From Dehalococcoidia bacterium UBA2979 (GTDB taxonomy: Bacteria > Chloroflexota > Dehalococcoidia > UBA2979): 49,219 bases of DNA. Positions within the stretch are counted from its first letter, which is position 1. Each line of letters starts with the position of its first letter. The stretch spans positions 1 to 49,219 of the forward strand of contig DEAP01000012.1 of assembly GCA_002348225.1 (NCBI GenBank), read 5' to 3'. Of the stretch, positions 1 to 8,313 are shown one piece after another. The notes under the pieces were generated by a model. That model did not search any database and was not told where the DNA came from. It saw only the letters and a program-made list of their open reading frames with translations. A program made the position numbers and the translations under genes.

Positions 1-76
1 TTATCAGGCTTTCTTAAGGTAGGGAGACTAGACTACGGATCTTAGCTCTTTCGATCAAGAGTTCGGGGCTTCCCAG

Positions 77-670
77 TTAGTCCATCCATCCGGTTGTTGG
101 GCCAGTGCGATCGACTAATTCATGTGAATTGACCATATGTGCAGCGAGTGGTGTGAGCCGATTTATTATCTTTTCAGCAAGCTCTGATGGAGCATCTATG
201 GAAGCGAGAGCTTCCTCCATCAGCATTAACCACCGCTCAGCAGCTTCTTCGTCGATAACAAAGGGAAAGTGTCTGAGGCGTAGCCGAGGGTGGCCCGAGT
301 GCTGCGAGTACAGCTTTTCACCACCCAGCCATTGCTCGAGGAATTCAGCTTGGCGCTGTTTCGGGACACTACTGTCAGCAGAAAAAAGGTGACCGATGAC
401 CGGGTCCTTTGCAGCCCCATCGTAGAACGCTGAAACCCAGGAGCCTACTGCATTGCGGCCACCGATGTCTTCGAAGAGTGTGCGCTCATTAGTTGTTGAC
501 TTTGCTGAGGGCATATATCCAGAACAAATGACTACAGGAACAGGAGGATATTTCTGGAATTTATCCGGAAAAGACTTATGTAGTGAGCACAATGTAAATT
601 CAGAACCTTTTGCTGACCGCACGATTGTTGCGTGTTCGCAGTTGCCACAGAGTCCCGGGTTAGAGCTCAT
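77..670 (-). CDS. Group II truncated haemoglobin (trHbO/GlbO-like) with an N-terminal ~55-aa Cys4 domain
   Basis: TLFEDIGG, B9-B10 FY, FLEQWLGG, Y..GHPRLRLRHFPF (proximal His) and G8 Trp in AAERWL. N-terminus carries C8-x2-C11...C28...C49. ATG overlaps the menG stop at 670. Confidence 0.88.
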   Translation of the reverse strand: MSSNPGLCGNCEHATIVRSAKGSEFTLCSLHKSFPDKFQKYPPVPVVICSGYMPSAKSTTNERTLFEDIGGRNAVGSWVSAFYDGAAKDPVIGHLFSADSSVPKQRQAEFLEQWLGGEKLYSQHSGHPRLRLRHFPFVIDEEAAERWLMLMEEALASIDAPSELAEKIINRLTPLAAHMVNSHELVDRTGPTTGWMD

Positions 671-1437
671 TATTCTGGAGCAGCTTCCGGCTTCATAGCG
701 ATATGAAGCATTACGGTACCAGCTACATATTCAAAAGACCTCAGCACCTCAAATCCGTTTTTACGTAATCGGAGTGAGAACTCAGCGGGGGTGAAAAAAT
801 TTTCGGCAGACATAGGCAGGTACTGGTACGCGTCACTATGACCGGATATGAGCTTCCCGATCAAGGGCACGAGTTTGTTGAAATGAAATCGTGCGCCCGG
901 AGCTAATAATCTTTGGACTAGCGACCGAGGCTCTAGACGAGCTGCGTCGAGAGTTATCAACCTGCCTCCCGGGCGCAAAACTCTATGAGCTTCTTGGAGG
1001 GCGCCATCAAGATCAGGGATGTTACGGAGGACAAATGCTCCCGTCCACGCGTCGGCTATGTTTGGCGCAAGCGGCAAACGAGTGGCATCTGCTGAGACAA
1101 AATGGGAATTTAGGACGCCGAGATTCTGTGATTTTGTTTGTGCATTTTCCAGCATAGGCATTGCAAAATCCAATCCAATTACTGTCTGTGCACCAAGTCT
1201 TGCACAAGCGAGTGCGAGTTCACCGCTGCCTGTTCCGGCGTCGACAACGAGTCCTGAGTTTTGAGCAACCGCTGCACGGGCAACGGTTTTTCTCCATCTG
1301 GCATCTAGGCCGAATGTCATCAATCGGTTTACCAGGTCATATTTCGGAGCAATCTCTCCGAACATTTGTTTTACATAGCCCGATCGGCTTTGCTGGTTCG
1401 AAAAAAGTTCGCTAAGGTCATCGGGTGTTTGATCCAT
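670..1437 (-). CDS. menG: Demethylmenaquinone/ubiquinone methyltransferase (MenG/UbiE family)
   Basis: VKQMFGEIAPKYDLVNRLMTFGLDARWR, SAM motif VDAGTGSGEL, F.LRNI, RVLRPGG, DAYQYLP.S. Confidence 0.9.
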   Translation of the reverse strand: MDQTPDDLSELFSNQQSRSGYVKQMFGEIAPKYDLVNRLMTFGLDARWRKTVARAAVAQNSGLVVDAGTGSGELALACARLGAQTVIGLDFAMPMLENAQTKSQNLGVLNSHFVSADATRLPLAPNIADAWTGAFVLRNIPDLDGALQEAHRVLRPGGRLITLDAARLEPRSLVQRLLAPGARFHFNKLVPLIGKLISGHSDAYQYLPMSAENFFTPAEFSLRLRKNGFEVLRSFEYVAGTVMLHIAMKPEAAPE

Positions 1438-1443
1438 ATAATA

Positions 1444-1484
1444 AGAATAAAGGTACCGGTGTTCCCGTGCAGTTGATGTAAAAT
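1444..1484. promoter_or_regulatory. Back-to-back -10 elements for probably leaderless menG (-) and MOSC (+) transcripts
   Basis: TAAAAT at 1479-1484 lies 6 nt before ATG 1491. On the minus strand TATTCT (1449-1444) lies 6 nt before ATG 1437. Neither gene has an SD. Confidence 0.5.
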
Positions 1485-1490
1485 CGTGAA

Positions 1491-2315
1491 ATGGCTAAGC
1501 AGGTGCAAGTTCAGAACTTATTCCAATATCCGGTGAAGTCTTTGGCTGGTGTTGCTACTCAGTCTCTGACCGTTGATGGGGAAGGTAGAGCTCTTGGCGA
1601 TCGAGTGCTCGCCTTTCGATTCAACGATTCAGGACCTGCTATGCGGCAGACTAGTCAGGGGGGGTGGTGGTATAAGGATAGACTCTTATCTCTTATGCAT
1701 ATACCAGCTGCCGCTCCCGTTTCATGCGAATTCGATAGTCAATCGACGGTTTTGTCCTTGCGGCTGGGCGACAGGATCATTTCTGAGGGAGAGATTGGCT
1801 CGGTGGATGGTCGCACCAAGATAGAGCAGAGCTTCGAAGGGTTCCTGAAAGATTTATCCGGAGACAGTGAAATAGACCAAAATAGGTTTCCGATTCACCT
1901 AGAGGGTGATGGTGTTAGTGGTCGATTTCACGATAGACCTGCCGGCCAGATATCTATGCACTCGGTAGAGAGCGGTCTTGCATTGTCGGATGCCATCGGG
2001 GAATCGCCCCTAATGGAGCAAAGATTCAGATCAAATGTGGTGATTCGTGGCTTGCACCCCTGGCAAGAGCTTGAACTCATAGGAAGTACTATCACTATAG
2101 GTGCATATAGGTACGAGGTAACGGGACCGATTATTCGATGTCGAGCAGTGCACGCGAACCCATCGACCGGCTTAGTCGACCAACAGATACTCAGAGTGCT
2201 GACGAAAGAATTCGGGCAAGAAGAACCTACTTTCGGTGTACTTTTAAAGCCGGTAGGGGAAGAGGCTGTTATTCATGTGGGTGACGTGGTTGAGGTTGGA
2301 GCTCAGCATGAGTGA
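1491..2315 (+). CDS. MOSC domain protein (mARC/YcbX-like molybdoprotein, MOSC_N + MOSC)
   Basis: YPVKS, GDRVLAF, RFRSNVVIRG, and IIRC.AV..NPSTG with the Cys equivalent to the Mo-ligating Cys of mARC. No fused 2Fe-2S domain. Confidence 0.88.
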   Translation: MAKQVQVQNLFQYPVKSLAGVATQSLTVDGEGRALGDRVLAFRFNDSGPAMRQTSQGGWWYKDRLLSLMHIPAAAPVSCEFDSQSTVLSLRLGDRIISEGEIGSVDGRTKIEQSFEGFLKDLSGDSEIDQNRFPIHLEGDGVSGRFHDRPAGQISMHSVESGLALSDAIGESPLMEQRFRSNVVIRGLHPWQELELIGSTITIGAYRYEVTGPIIRCRAVHANPSTGLVDQQILRVLTKEFGQEEPTFGVLLKPVGEEAVIHVGDVVEVGAQHE

Positions 2316-2778
2316 GCGTCAAAGATCCATAGAAATACCGGACCACGAAATGAGAGAATTTATTAGCGAGTTATCCATGATTGAAAGCGAGAAGCAGTAT
2401 TTGCTGCCTTCTTTTCATGTGGCACAGGAAATTTTTGGGTGGGTTCCACCCGCGGCGGTGGAAAAAATTGCCGATTTCCTCAGAGTTCCGCTCTCAGAGG
2501 TGTACGCGACACTGACTGCATATTCAGAGCTTCGCATAACGTCTGATGAAAAGGGCTATTGGTTCATATGCACGGGGGTGGCATGTGAGATGAAAGGCGC
2601 TCAGAACATCGTGCAGGAGCTTGCCGACGCTGACGAATTTAAGGTGAAGGATATCGATTGCCAGTTTCTGTGCTCACTTGCTCCAGTGTGCGTCGATGAT
2701 TCAGGCGGCTTGCATGGTCGTGTAGAGGTGAGCGAAGTAATTTCACGTATTCGAGAATCGCAGACGGGTGGTGAATAG
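2308..2778 (+). CDS. NuoE/HoxE-like 2Fe-2S diaphorase subunit
   Basis: LLPSFHVAQEIFGWVP, VYATLTAYSEL, C-x4-C (ICTGVAC) and C-x3-C (CQFLCSLAP). ATG 2308 overlaps the MOSC stop and is preferred over 2275. Confidence 0.85.
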   Translation: MSERQRSIEIPDHEMREFISELSMIESEKQYLLPSFHVAQEIFGWVPPAAVEKIADFLRVPLSEVYATLTAYSELRITSDEKGYWFICTGVACEMKGAQNIVQELADADEFKVKDIDCQFLCSLAPVCVDDSGGLHGRVEVSEVISRIRESQTGGE

Positions 2779-4276
2779 AATGAGCCCAAGGCATGTAATT
2801 CTAGAAACGTTGCAGGGTAGATATCACGGCGGGGCTGAGTCGAGACTAGTGATTCACGAAGGCACATGTGGCACGGCGACCAATGTCCGGCAGGAAGTTG
2901 AACGAGTTGGTTTGATTGAGATGTGCGAGGAAAACGACGTGAAGATCGTATACGGTTCTTGTGATGGGAATTGTTGGGCAGCTCCATCAGCAACTCTGCG
3001 ACACGAAAATGATGCTAGTGAATTTGTGGAGAAGAGATTCTCTAGACTTGACGAGTTAATGCGGGTCGAAGATTTCGGAGTGATGCTGAATGACATGCAG
3101 AAAGGTCAGGGATTTGCTGATGGGAAATCAGGGTTGCTGGATCGATTAGGGCGCCTGGATGGGAGCCTTGAGCATGCTGTCTGGTTAGGTGCGTATAGTA
3201 ATGCCGATCAGATTTTGAGAGGGTCTAAATCAGACGCCCTCCAAAGAGTAGAAGACTGGAAATTGACGGGACGAGGAGGAGCCCACTTTCCCACAGCATT
3301 AAAGTGGCGACTAGCGTCAAGAAATGAAGGACCTAGATATTTGGTTGTTAATGCCGAAGAGGGCGAACCAGGAGTTTTTAAAGATAGACATTTACTGGAA
3401 GGGGACCCTCACCGATTGTTGGAAGGTATCTTGATCTGCTGCTTTGTAGTAGGTATCGAGAAAGTATTTATATATGTCAACGGGCAGGCGACAACGGCCT
3501 TCAATTCCCTAAGTAAGGCTGTTGAGCAGGCCAAGACTGCTGGTCTTTTAGGGCCCGAATTCCTGCCGAATGGGTTGCAAGTTGATATTGAGTTACGGCA
3601 GGGTGCCGGTGGGTATGTGTGTGGCGAAGAGTCTGTAATCCTAAATTCGATAGAGGGGGCCCGGCCAGTTCCGCGATTCAAGCCACCATTTGCTACGGAT
3701 GAAGGTCTTTGGGGAAGACCTACTGTTATAAATAATGCCGAAACTCTGGCAGCAGTGACTACCTTGTGGCAAGATGAACCGCCACCAACCAAACTCGTAT
3801 CCCTGTCAGGAAATGTTGCAAGGCCAGGGGTTTATGAAGTTCCTGCGGATGGAACCCTTAGTTGGGCAGGGTTTCTTTTGCAAGCGGGTGGTGAACCTGG
3901 CTCAACGCCGGCAATTTTACTCGGAGGGCCCTCAGGAGTGTTTGTGATTCCTGAGCGTTACGACGAAAAAATAAAAATGAGCGAAGTGGGGGCAGGAGGA
4001 CTAGTCGCGTTGGCGCCAGATTCATCCATAAGGTCAGTCGTTCAAGCTCTTACAAAATACAATCTTCGAGAATCGTGCGGGGAGTGTACGCCTTGTCGCG
4101 AGGGCACATTGCGACTGGACGCACTGCTGTCAGTAGATACTGTGGATTTCGACAAAGTTGCGGGTTTGGTCGAAGTAATGAGCGAGGCGTCACTTTGCAT
4201 GTTGGGTGGCATGGCTGGCAGGCCAGTATTGAGCGCGATCGAGGAATTTCCGACTATTTGGAAGGATGGGTCGTAG
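2768..4276 (+). CDS. NuoF/HoxF-like FMN/NAD(P)H-binding diaphorase subunit with an N-terminal thioredoxin-like Fe-S domain
   Basis: GRGGAHFPTALKW, NAEEGEPGVFKDR, GAGGYVCGEES, PTVINNAETL and the 4Fe-4S motif ESCGECTPCREG...SLC. N-terminal TCG...CDGNC. Alternative start at ATG 2780. Confidence 0.9.
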   Translation: MVNRMSPRHVILETLQGRYHGGAESRLVIHEGTCGTATNVRQEVERVGLIEMCEENDVKIVYGSCDGNCWAAPSATLRHENDASEFVEKRFSRLDELMRVEDFGVMLNDMQKGQGFADGKSGLLDRLGRLDGSLEHAVWLGAYSNADQILRGSKSDALQRVEDWKLTGRGGAHFPTALKWRLASRNEGPRYLVVNAEEGEPGVFKDRHLLEGDPHRLLEGILICCFVVGIEKVFIYVNGQATTAFNSLSKAVEQAKTAGLLGPEFLPNGLQVDIELRQGAGGYVCGEESVILNSIEGARPVPRFKPPFATDEGLWGRPTVINNAETLAAVTTLWQDEPPPTKLVSLSGNVARPGVYEVPADGTLSWAGFLLQAGGEPGSTPAILLGGPSGVFVIPERYDEKIKMSEVGAGGLVALAPDSSIRSVVQALTKYNLRESCGECTPCREGTLRLDALLSVDTVDFDKVAGLVEVMSEASLCMLGGMAGRPVLSAIEEFPTIWKDGS

Positions 4277-5106
4277 TGCTACGCGCAGCTGTTCTGTTGC
4301 TCCTGCTGCTATTAATTGCCTGTGATTCTTCCGACCCCACCTCTGCCGACTCTACCGATGGCAGCAGTGGAATAAATGCGACTCAGGAGACAGCGGTGTC
4401 TACGGCAGCATCGACAGAGGCCGCGAACCCAGCCCCCACAAACACGCCACAGGCGATTCCCATATCCACAGCAAAGATACGTAATGGGGTTGCGACTACT
4501 ACTGTGACTCCGTCTGTTGCGAAAACTCCACCACCGCCGGTGAGTGAACTCGAAGAATTTGTAGATGCTTATGGTTACCCCGAGAGCGCTGATTTCGGAA
4601 CATTAATTATTGAGCGCTTGGGTATCGAAGCGAAGATAACAGTCCGGAAGGTCAATAGAGATCAAGATATGCCTAACCCATATGGACCGGCCGACGTGGT
4701 GTTGTATGACTTAAGTGACTGGCCAGATATCGGCGGCATGCCAGGATCAGGGAATATGGTTTTAGCTGGTCACAGAGATTATTCAGGATGGGTTCCTTAT
4801 GCAGGTGTACGCTTCGGACCCAGCTGGGGGGTTTTCCAGAATCTTAATGCGCTTGGGTCGGACGATCGAATTTCCTTAGAGTACCAAGGTGAGCGATTTG
4901 ATTATGAAGTTGCCCGTAAATGGATGGTGGATATCAGCTTGTCAGAGGAATCAGCAAACCCGAGCGAATTCTGGGTGCCATTCTGGCAAGCTGATCCAGG
5001 CGTCGAGTCGATCACACTTTACACGTGCGCAGGACAATTTAGCCAAGAGACATCATCCTATGACAAGAGGGTGATAGTGCGAGCTGTGCGAGTAGGGAGC
5101 AGGTGA
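4276..5106 (+). CDS. Class F-like sortase, predicted lipoprotein
   Basis: GNMVLAGHRDY (His), ITLYTC (Cys) and YDKRVIVRA (Arg). GTG 4276 gives MLRAAVLLLLLLLIAC (lipobox) followed by a T/A/P/S-rich linker. Confidence 0.82.
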   Translation: MLRAAVLLLLLLLIACDSSDPTSADSTDGSSGINATQETAVSTAASTEAANPAPTNTPQAIPISTAKIRNGVATTTVTPSVAKTPPPPVSELEEFVDAYGYPESADFGTLIIERLGIEAKITVRKVNRDQDMPNPYGPADVVLYDLSDWPDIGGMPGSGNMVLAGHRDYSGWVPYAGVRFGPSWGVFQNLNALGSDDRISLEYQGERFDYEVARKWMVDISLSEESANPSEFWVPFWQADPGVESITLYTCAGQFSQETSSYDKRVIVRAVRVGSR

Positions 5107-6710
5107 GGGATGAAATCAACGTGAAGAAGACTGCACTTATTGCCGTATCAGATAAACGAGATCTGGCGCCCTTGGTAACGATCCTCAGCAATCAGGGGTG
5201 GGAAATTCTGGCGACCGGCGGAACAGCCAAGGTAATTACATCGCTGGGGGTCGCTGTGACTCAGGTTGCTGAGCGAACACAAATCCCGGAAATGCTGGGT
5301 GGTCGAGTTAAAACACTGCATCCTAAGATCCATGGTGGGATTTTGTTTCGGCGAGGTAATTCATCGGACATGCGCGAAATCGAGCAACACGATATCCAGT
5401 CGATCGATCTTGTTGTGTGCAATTTGTACCCGTTTAGGGAAACTATCGGTAACGCAGACCATACTGATGACGAAGCCCTAGATCAGATAGATATTGGTGG
5501 ACCCACCATGATCAGGGCTGCTGCTAAAAACTACAAAGATGTATTAGTCTTGGTCGATCCGGCTGACTATGAGTTGGTGGTTGAAGCCCTACAGGCTGGT
5601 ATGGATGGGCTGTCTAACCTGCCGTTAACGACCCGTAGGAGTCTCGCAAGCAAGGCATTTAGCCATGTGGCCAGTTATGACGGAGCAATTTCCGGCTATC
5701 TTGCAGCAGATGATGAATCGTTTCCAGATGAATTAACAATAAGTGGTGTACTTCAGTCGAATCTGCGATATGGGGAGAATCCACACCAGCGAGGTGCCTT
5801 GTATAGAGCAGAGGGAATTGCAGCTTCTGGCCTAGGTGGCTATCAGCAGCACCACGGACTTTCTATGTCATATGTGAATGTTTTGGACGCAGACGCCGCT
5901 TTCAGGTGTGTGTCGGACTTTGACGCACCTGCGGTGACGATTGTGAAACATACTAACCCCTGCTGTGCCGCGGTGATGAACTCTGAGGCGAGTGGAGAGA
6001 CACTTTCTGGGATATATGAGAAGGCACTGCTCGGAGGCGATTATGTCTCAGCATATGGCGGCATCATCGCGGTCAATCGGATCGTCGACTTTGATCTGGC
6101 CTCGGCCATAAGGGACGTGCGACATCCGGAGTCAGGACAAAGAATGCTGTACGACATTATTGTGGCGCCTGGCTACGAAGTTAACGCCTTGGAGCATCTT
6201 AAGAAAAAGTCTAAAAATTTGAGGATCTTAGAAGTAGAGGCGACCGGGGATCGAGCGACAGGACTCGAAATTAGAACAATTGAAGGAGGCTTTCTGGTTC
6301 AGACACCTGACACCATTGAAGATATAACTTTGGACGTTGTTAGCGAAGTAGGGATGGATGAGAAAACAAAGCGCGAGCTACGCGTGGCATGGATTCTATC
6401 CAAGCATGTTTCCTCTAATGCGGTCGTGTTTGTAAAAGACGGAGTCATGGTGGGCATGGGTGCAGGTCAGCCAAATAGGGTGCAGTCAGCGAGGCTCGCA
6501 GCTTTTCAGGCGGGCGAGGGGGCCGTTGGCGCCGTTTGTGCTACAGACGCGTTTCTGCCGTTCCCAGATACTCTCGTGGTTGCCGCAGAGGCAGGATGTG
6601 TTGCGGTAGTACATACAGGTGGCTCAATTCGTGATGCTGAATCAGTCGAAGAGGCCAACAGAAGAGGAATTATTCTGGCAGTGACCGGCTATAGGCATTT
6701 CAGACATTGA
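5103..6710 (+). CDS. purH: Bifunctional AICAR transformylase/IMP cyclohydrolase
   Basis: GGRVKTLHPKIHGGIL, IDIGGPTMIRAAAKN, LRYGENPHQ, VKHTNPC, GAGQPNRV, RHFRH C-terminus. Confidence 0.97.
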   Translation: MRDEINVKKTALIAVSDKRDLAPLVTILSNQGWEILATGGTAKVITSLGVAVTQVAERTQIPEMLGGRVKTLHPKIHGGILFRRGNSSDMREIEQHDIQSIDLVVCNLYPFRETIGNADHTDDEALDQIDIGGPTMIRAAAKNYKDVLVLVDPADYELVVEALQAGMDGLSNLPLTTRRSLASKAFSHVASYDGAISGYLAADDESFPDELTISGVLQSNLRYGENPHQRGALYRAEGIAASGLGGYQQHHGLSMSYVNVLDADAAFRCVSDFDAPAVTIVKHTNPCCAAVMNSEASGETLSGIYEKALLGGDYVSAYGGIIAVNRIVDFDLASAIRDVRHPESGQRMLYDIIVAPGYEVNALEHLKKKSKNLRILEVEATGDRATGLEIRTIEGGFLVQTPDTIEDITLDVVSEVGMDEKTKRELRVAWILSKHVSSNAVVFVKDGVMVGMGAGQPNRVQSARLAAFQAGEGAVGAVCATDAFLPFPDTLVVAAEAGCVAVVHTGGSIRDAESVEEANRRGIILAVTGYRHFRH

Positions 6711-6781
6711 TTGATTCGACAGCGTACGCTTGCACCGATAGACTGAAAGCGTCTCAGGGAGGTATCAGTAACTTATGAGTT

Positions 6782-7897
6782 TTGATTGCCCTCGCAGCTC
6801 GTTCTTCGGCAGAAAAGATATCCGTCTTGCCTGAGGCTTCCGAGCCATTAACCTACGCCGCATCGGGCGTCGATCTTGAGGCTGACGCCCTCCGCATAAA
6901 CGATATATTGGCTCAAGTAAAGAGAACTCACCAAGGACAGCCTGTTGTTCCATTGCCGGGTGGATTTGCGGGAGGGATCAATGTCTTGGAGATGGAAGAG
7001 CCTATCGTGGCGTGTACCGACGGGGTAGGAACTAAGACTATATTGCACTCTTTGTGCGGCACATTTGAATCTGCCGGCCGGGATGTAGTTGCAAATAACA
7101 TAAATGATTTGATCGTGACAGGGGCAACTCCGACGGCGTTTCTTGACTACTTGGCAATGTCTGATTTGCCGGAAGGAGCAGTTGTAGATGTTGTCCGCGG
7201 GGTGGCTACTGCCTGTATTGAGGACGGGATTGCGTTGATATCAGGTGAAACGGCAGAAATGCCAGACATTTACGCTTCAGGTCATTTCGATCTTGCCGGA
7301 ACCGCACTGGGAGTTCTTCGGCGAGGGGATAGGATCGACCCGGCTGAAATACGTGCTGGTGATTTAGTAGTATCTGTGTCTTCTGGTGGGCTTATGACAA
7401 ATGGATATTCCTTAGCCCGCGCAGCTTTGGGTATCGAGGGTGATGGCAGTGAAGGCGAAAATCGCCAGCTACTTGAAACGCGCCCGATAGAACTTTCGGG
7501 TGAGAGTATCGGCGAGGCTTTGACGCGACCGCACCCATCCTTTTGGAAACAAGTGGATCGCTTGCGTAGAGATGAAATACGCCTCAAGGGGATGGCCCAC
7601 ATCACGGGCGGTGGAATTGCAGGCAATCTAGGTCGGATTATTCCAGATCATTTGTCGGCCGATATCGATCCCGACACATGGGCAATTCCGCCGATTTTTA
7701 GACTGGTCCAGGAGAGGGGTTCTATCCAAACTGAGGAAATGTTCAGAGTTTTCAACATGGGATTAGGATTCATTTGTATCATGTCACCAGAAGATTTCGA
7801 GGATGTGGCGTTGAAAGAGACCGGATTTTTCCAAGTTGGTGAAATTTACAGAACAGATTCGTCCTCTCGGGTTAATTTGAAAGGACTCGCAAACTGA
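6782..7897 (+). CDS. purM: Phosphoribosylformylglycinamidine cyclo-ligase (AIR synthetase)
   Basis: TYAASGVD, TDGVGTK, FLDYLA, GETAEMP, AHITGGG, MFRVFNMGLG. The true start may be TTG 6827. Confidence 0.95.
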   Translation: MIALAARSSAEKISVLPEASEPLTYAASGVDLEADALRINDILAQVKRTHQGQPVVPLPGGFAGGINVLEMEEPIVACTDGVGTKTILHSLCGTFESAGRDVVANNINDLIVTGATPTAFLDYLAMSDLPEGAVVDVVRGVATACIEDGIALISGETAEMPDIYASGHFDLAGTALGVLRRGDRIDPAEIRAGDLVVSVSSGGLMTNGYSLARAALGIEGDGSEGENRQLLETRPIELSGESIGEALTRPHPSFWKQVDRLRRDEIRLKGMAHITGGGIAGNLGRIIPDHLSADIDPDTWAIPPIFRLVQERGSIQTEEMFRVFNMGLGFICIMSPEDFEDVALKETGFFQVGEIYRTDSSSRVNLKGLAN

Positions 7898-8313
7898 CTA
7901 TTGAGACTGACCCCATCGAATTGATGAAAAAATCAAAATCTATTGCGGTAGTAGGGGTTTCTGCTAGGCCAAATAGGCCCTCTTATGAGGTGGCCGAATA
8001 TTTAATTGACGTTGGGTACGAGGTGTTTCTGGTGAATCCAAGAGAGACAGAAATTCTCGGCAGGAGAGTGTATGACAGTGTTAGTAGCCTTCCTAAGAAA
8101 GTTGATATAGTCGATATTTTTCGGAAGGCTTCCGATGTTCCTCCGGTAGTCGAAGATGCAATTAGGGCCGAAGCTGGAGCCATTTGGATGCAGCTTGATA
8201 TTGTTAATGAGGCAGCAGCAAATGAGGCGGCCTTGGCCGGCTTAGCAGTAGTGATGGACCGATGTACCAAGATCGAGCACAAGAAAATTGTTGATGCGGA
8301 GCAACCGGAATGA
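7894..8313 (+). CDS. CoA-binding protein (YccU family)
   Basis: SIAVVGVSARPNRPSY, VNP, VDIVDIFR, IWMQL, VVMDRCTKIEH. Probable CTG start at 7894 (AAGGA 8 nt upstream, overlapping the purM TGA); otherwise 7921 or 7924. Confidence 0.9.
   Translation: MTIETDPIELMKKSKSIAVVGVSARPNRPSYEVAEYLIDVGYEVFLVNPRETEILGRRVYDSVSSLPKKVDIVDIFRKASDVPPVVEDAIRAEAGAIWMQLDIVNEAAANEAALAGLAVVMDRCTKIEHKKIVDAEQPE

Noticed and set aside
4075-4275. Long N-terminal extensions in the ORF track (sortase from 4075; also cysM from 12950, carrier 1 from 16296, nuoE from 2275, pstB from 33466)
   Set aside because: Most overlap the upstream gene. Downstream starts give family-typical N-termini, SD sequences or stop/start overlaps.
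2308-4276. Part of a complex I (nuo) operon or an electron-bifurcating hydrogenase
   Set aside because: No other nuo, hyd or fdh genes flank it, and there is no C-terminal ferredoxin domain on the NuoF-like subunit.
6711-6781. ZTP or PRPP/purine riboswitch among the pur genes
   Set aside because: The spacer is short and lacks the conserved motifs of those aptamers.
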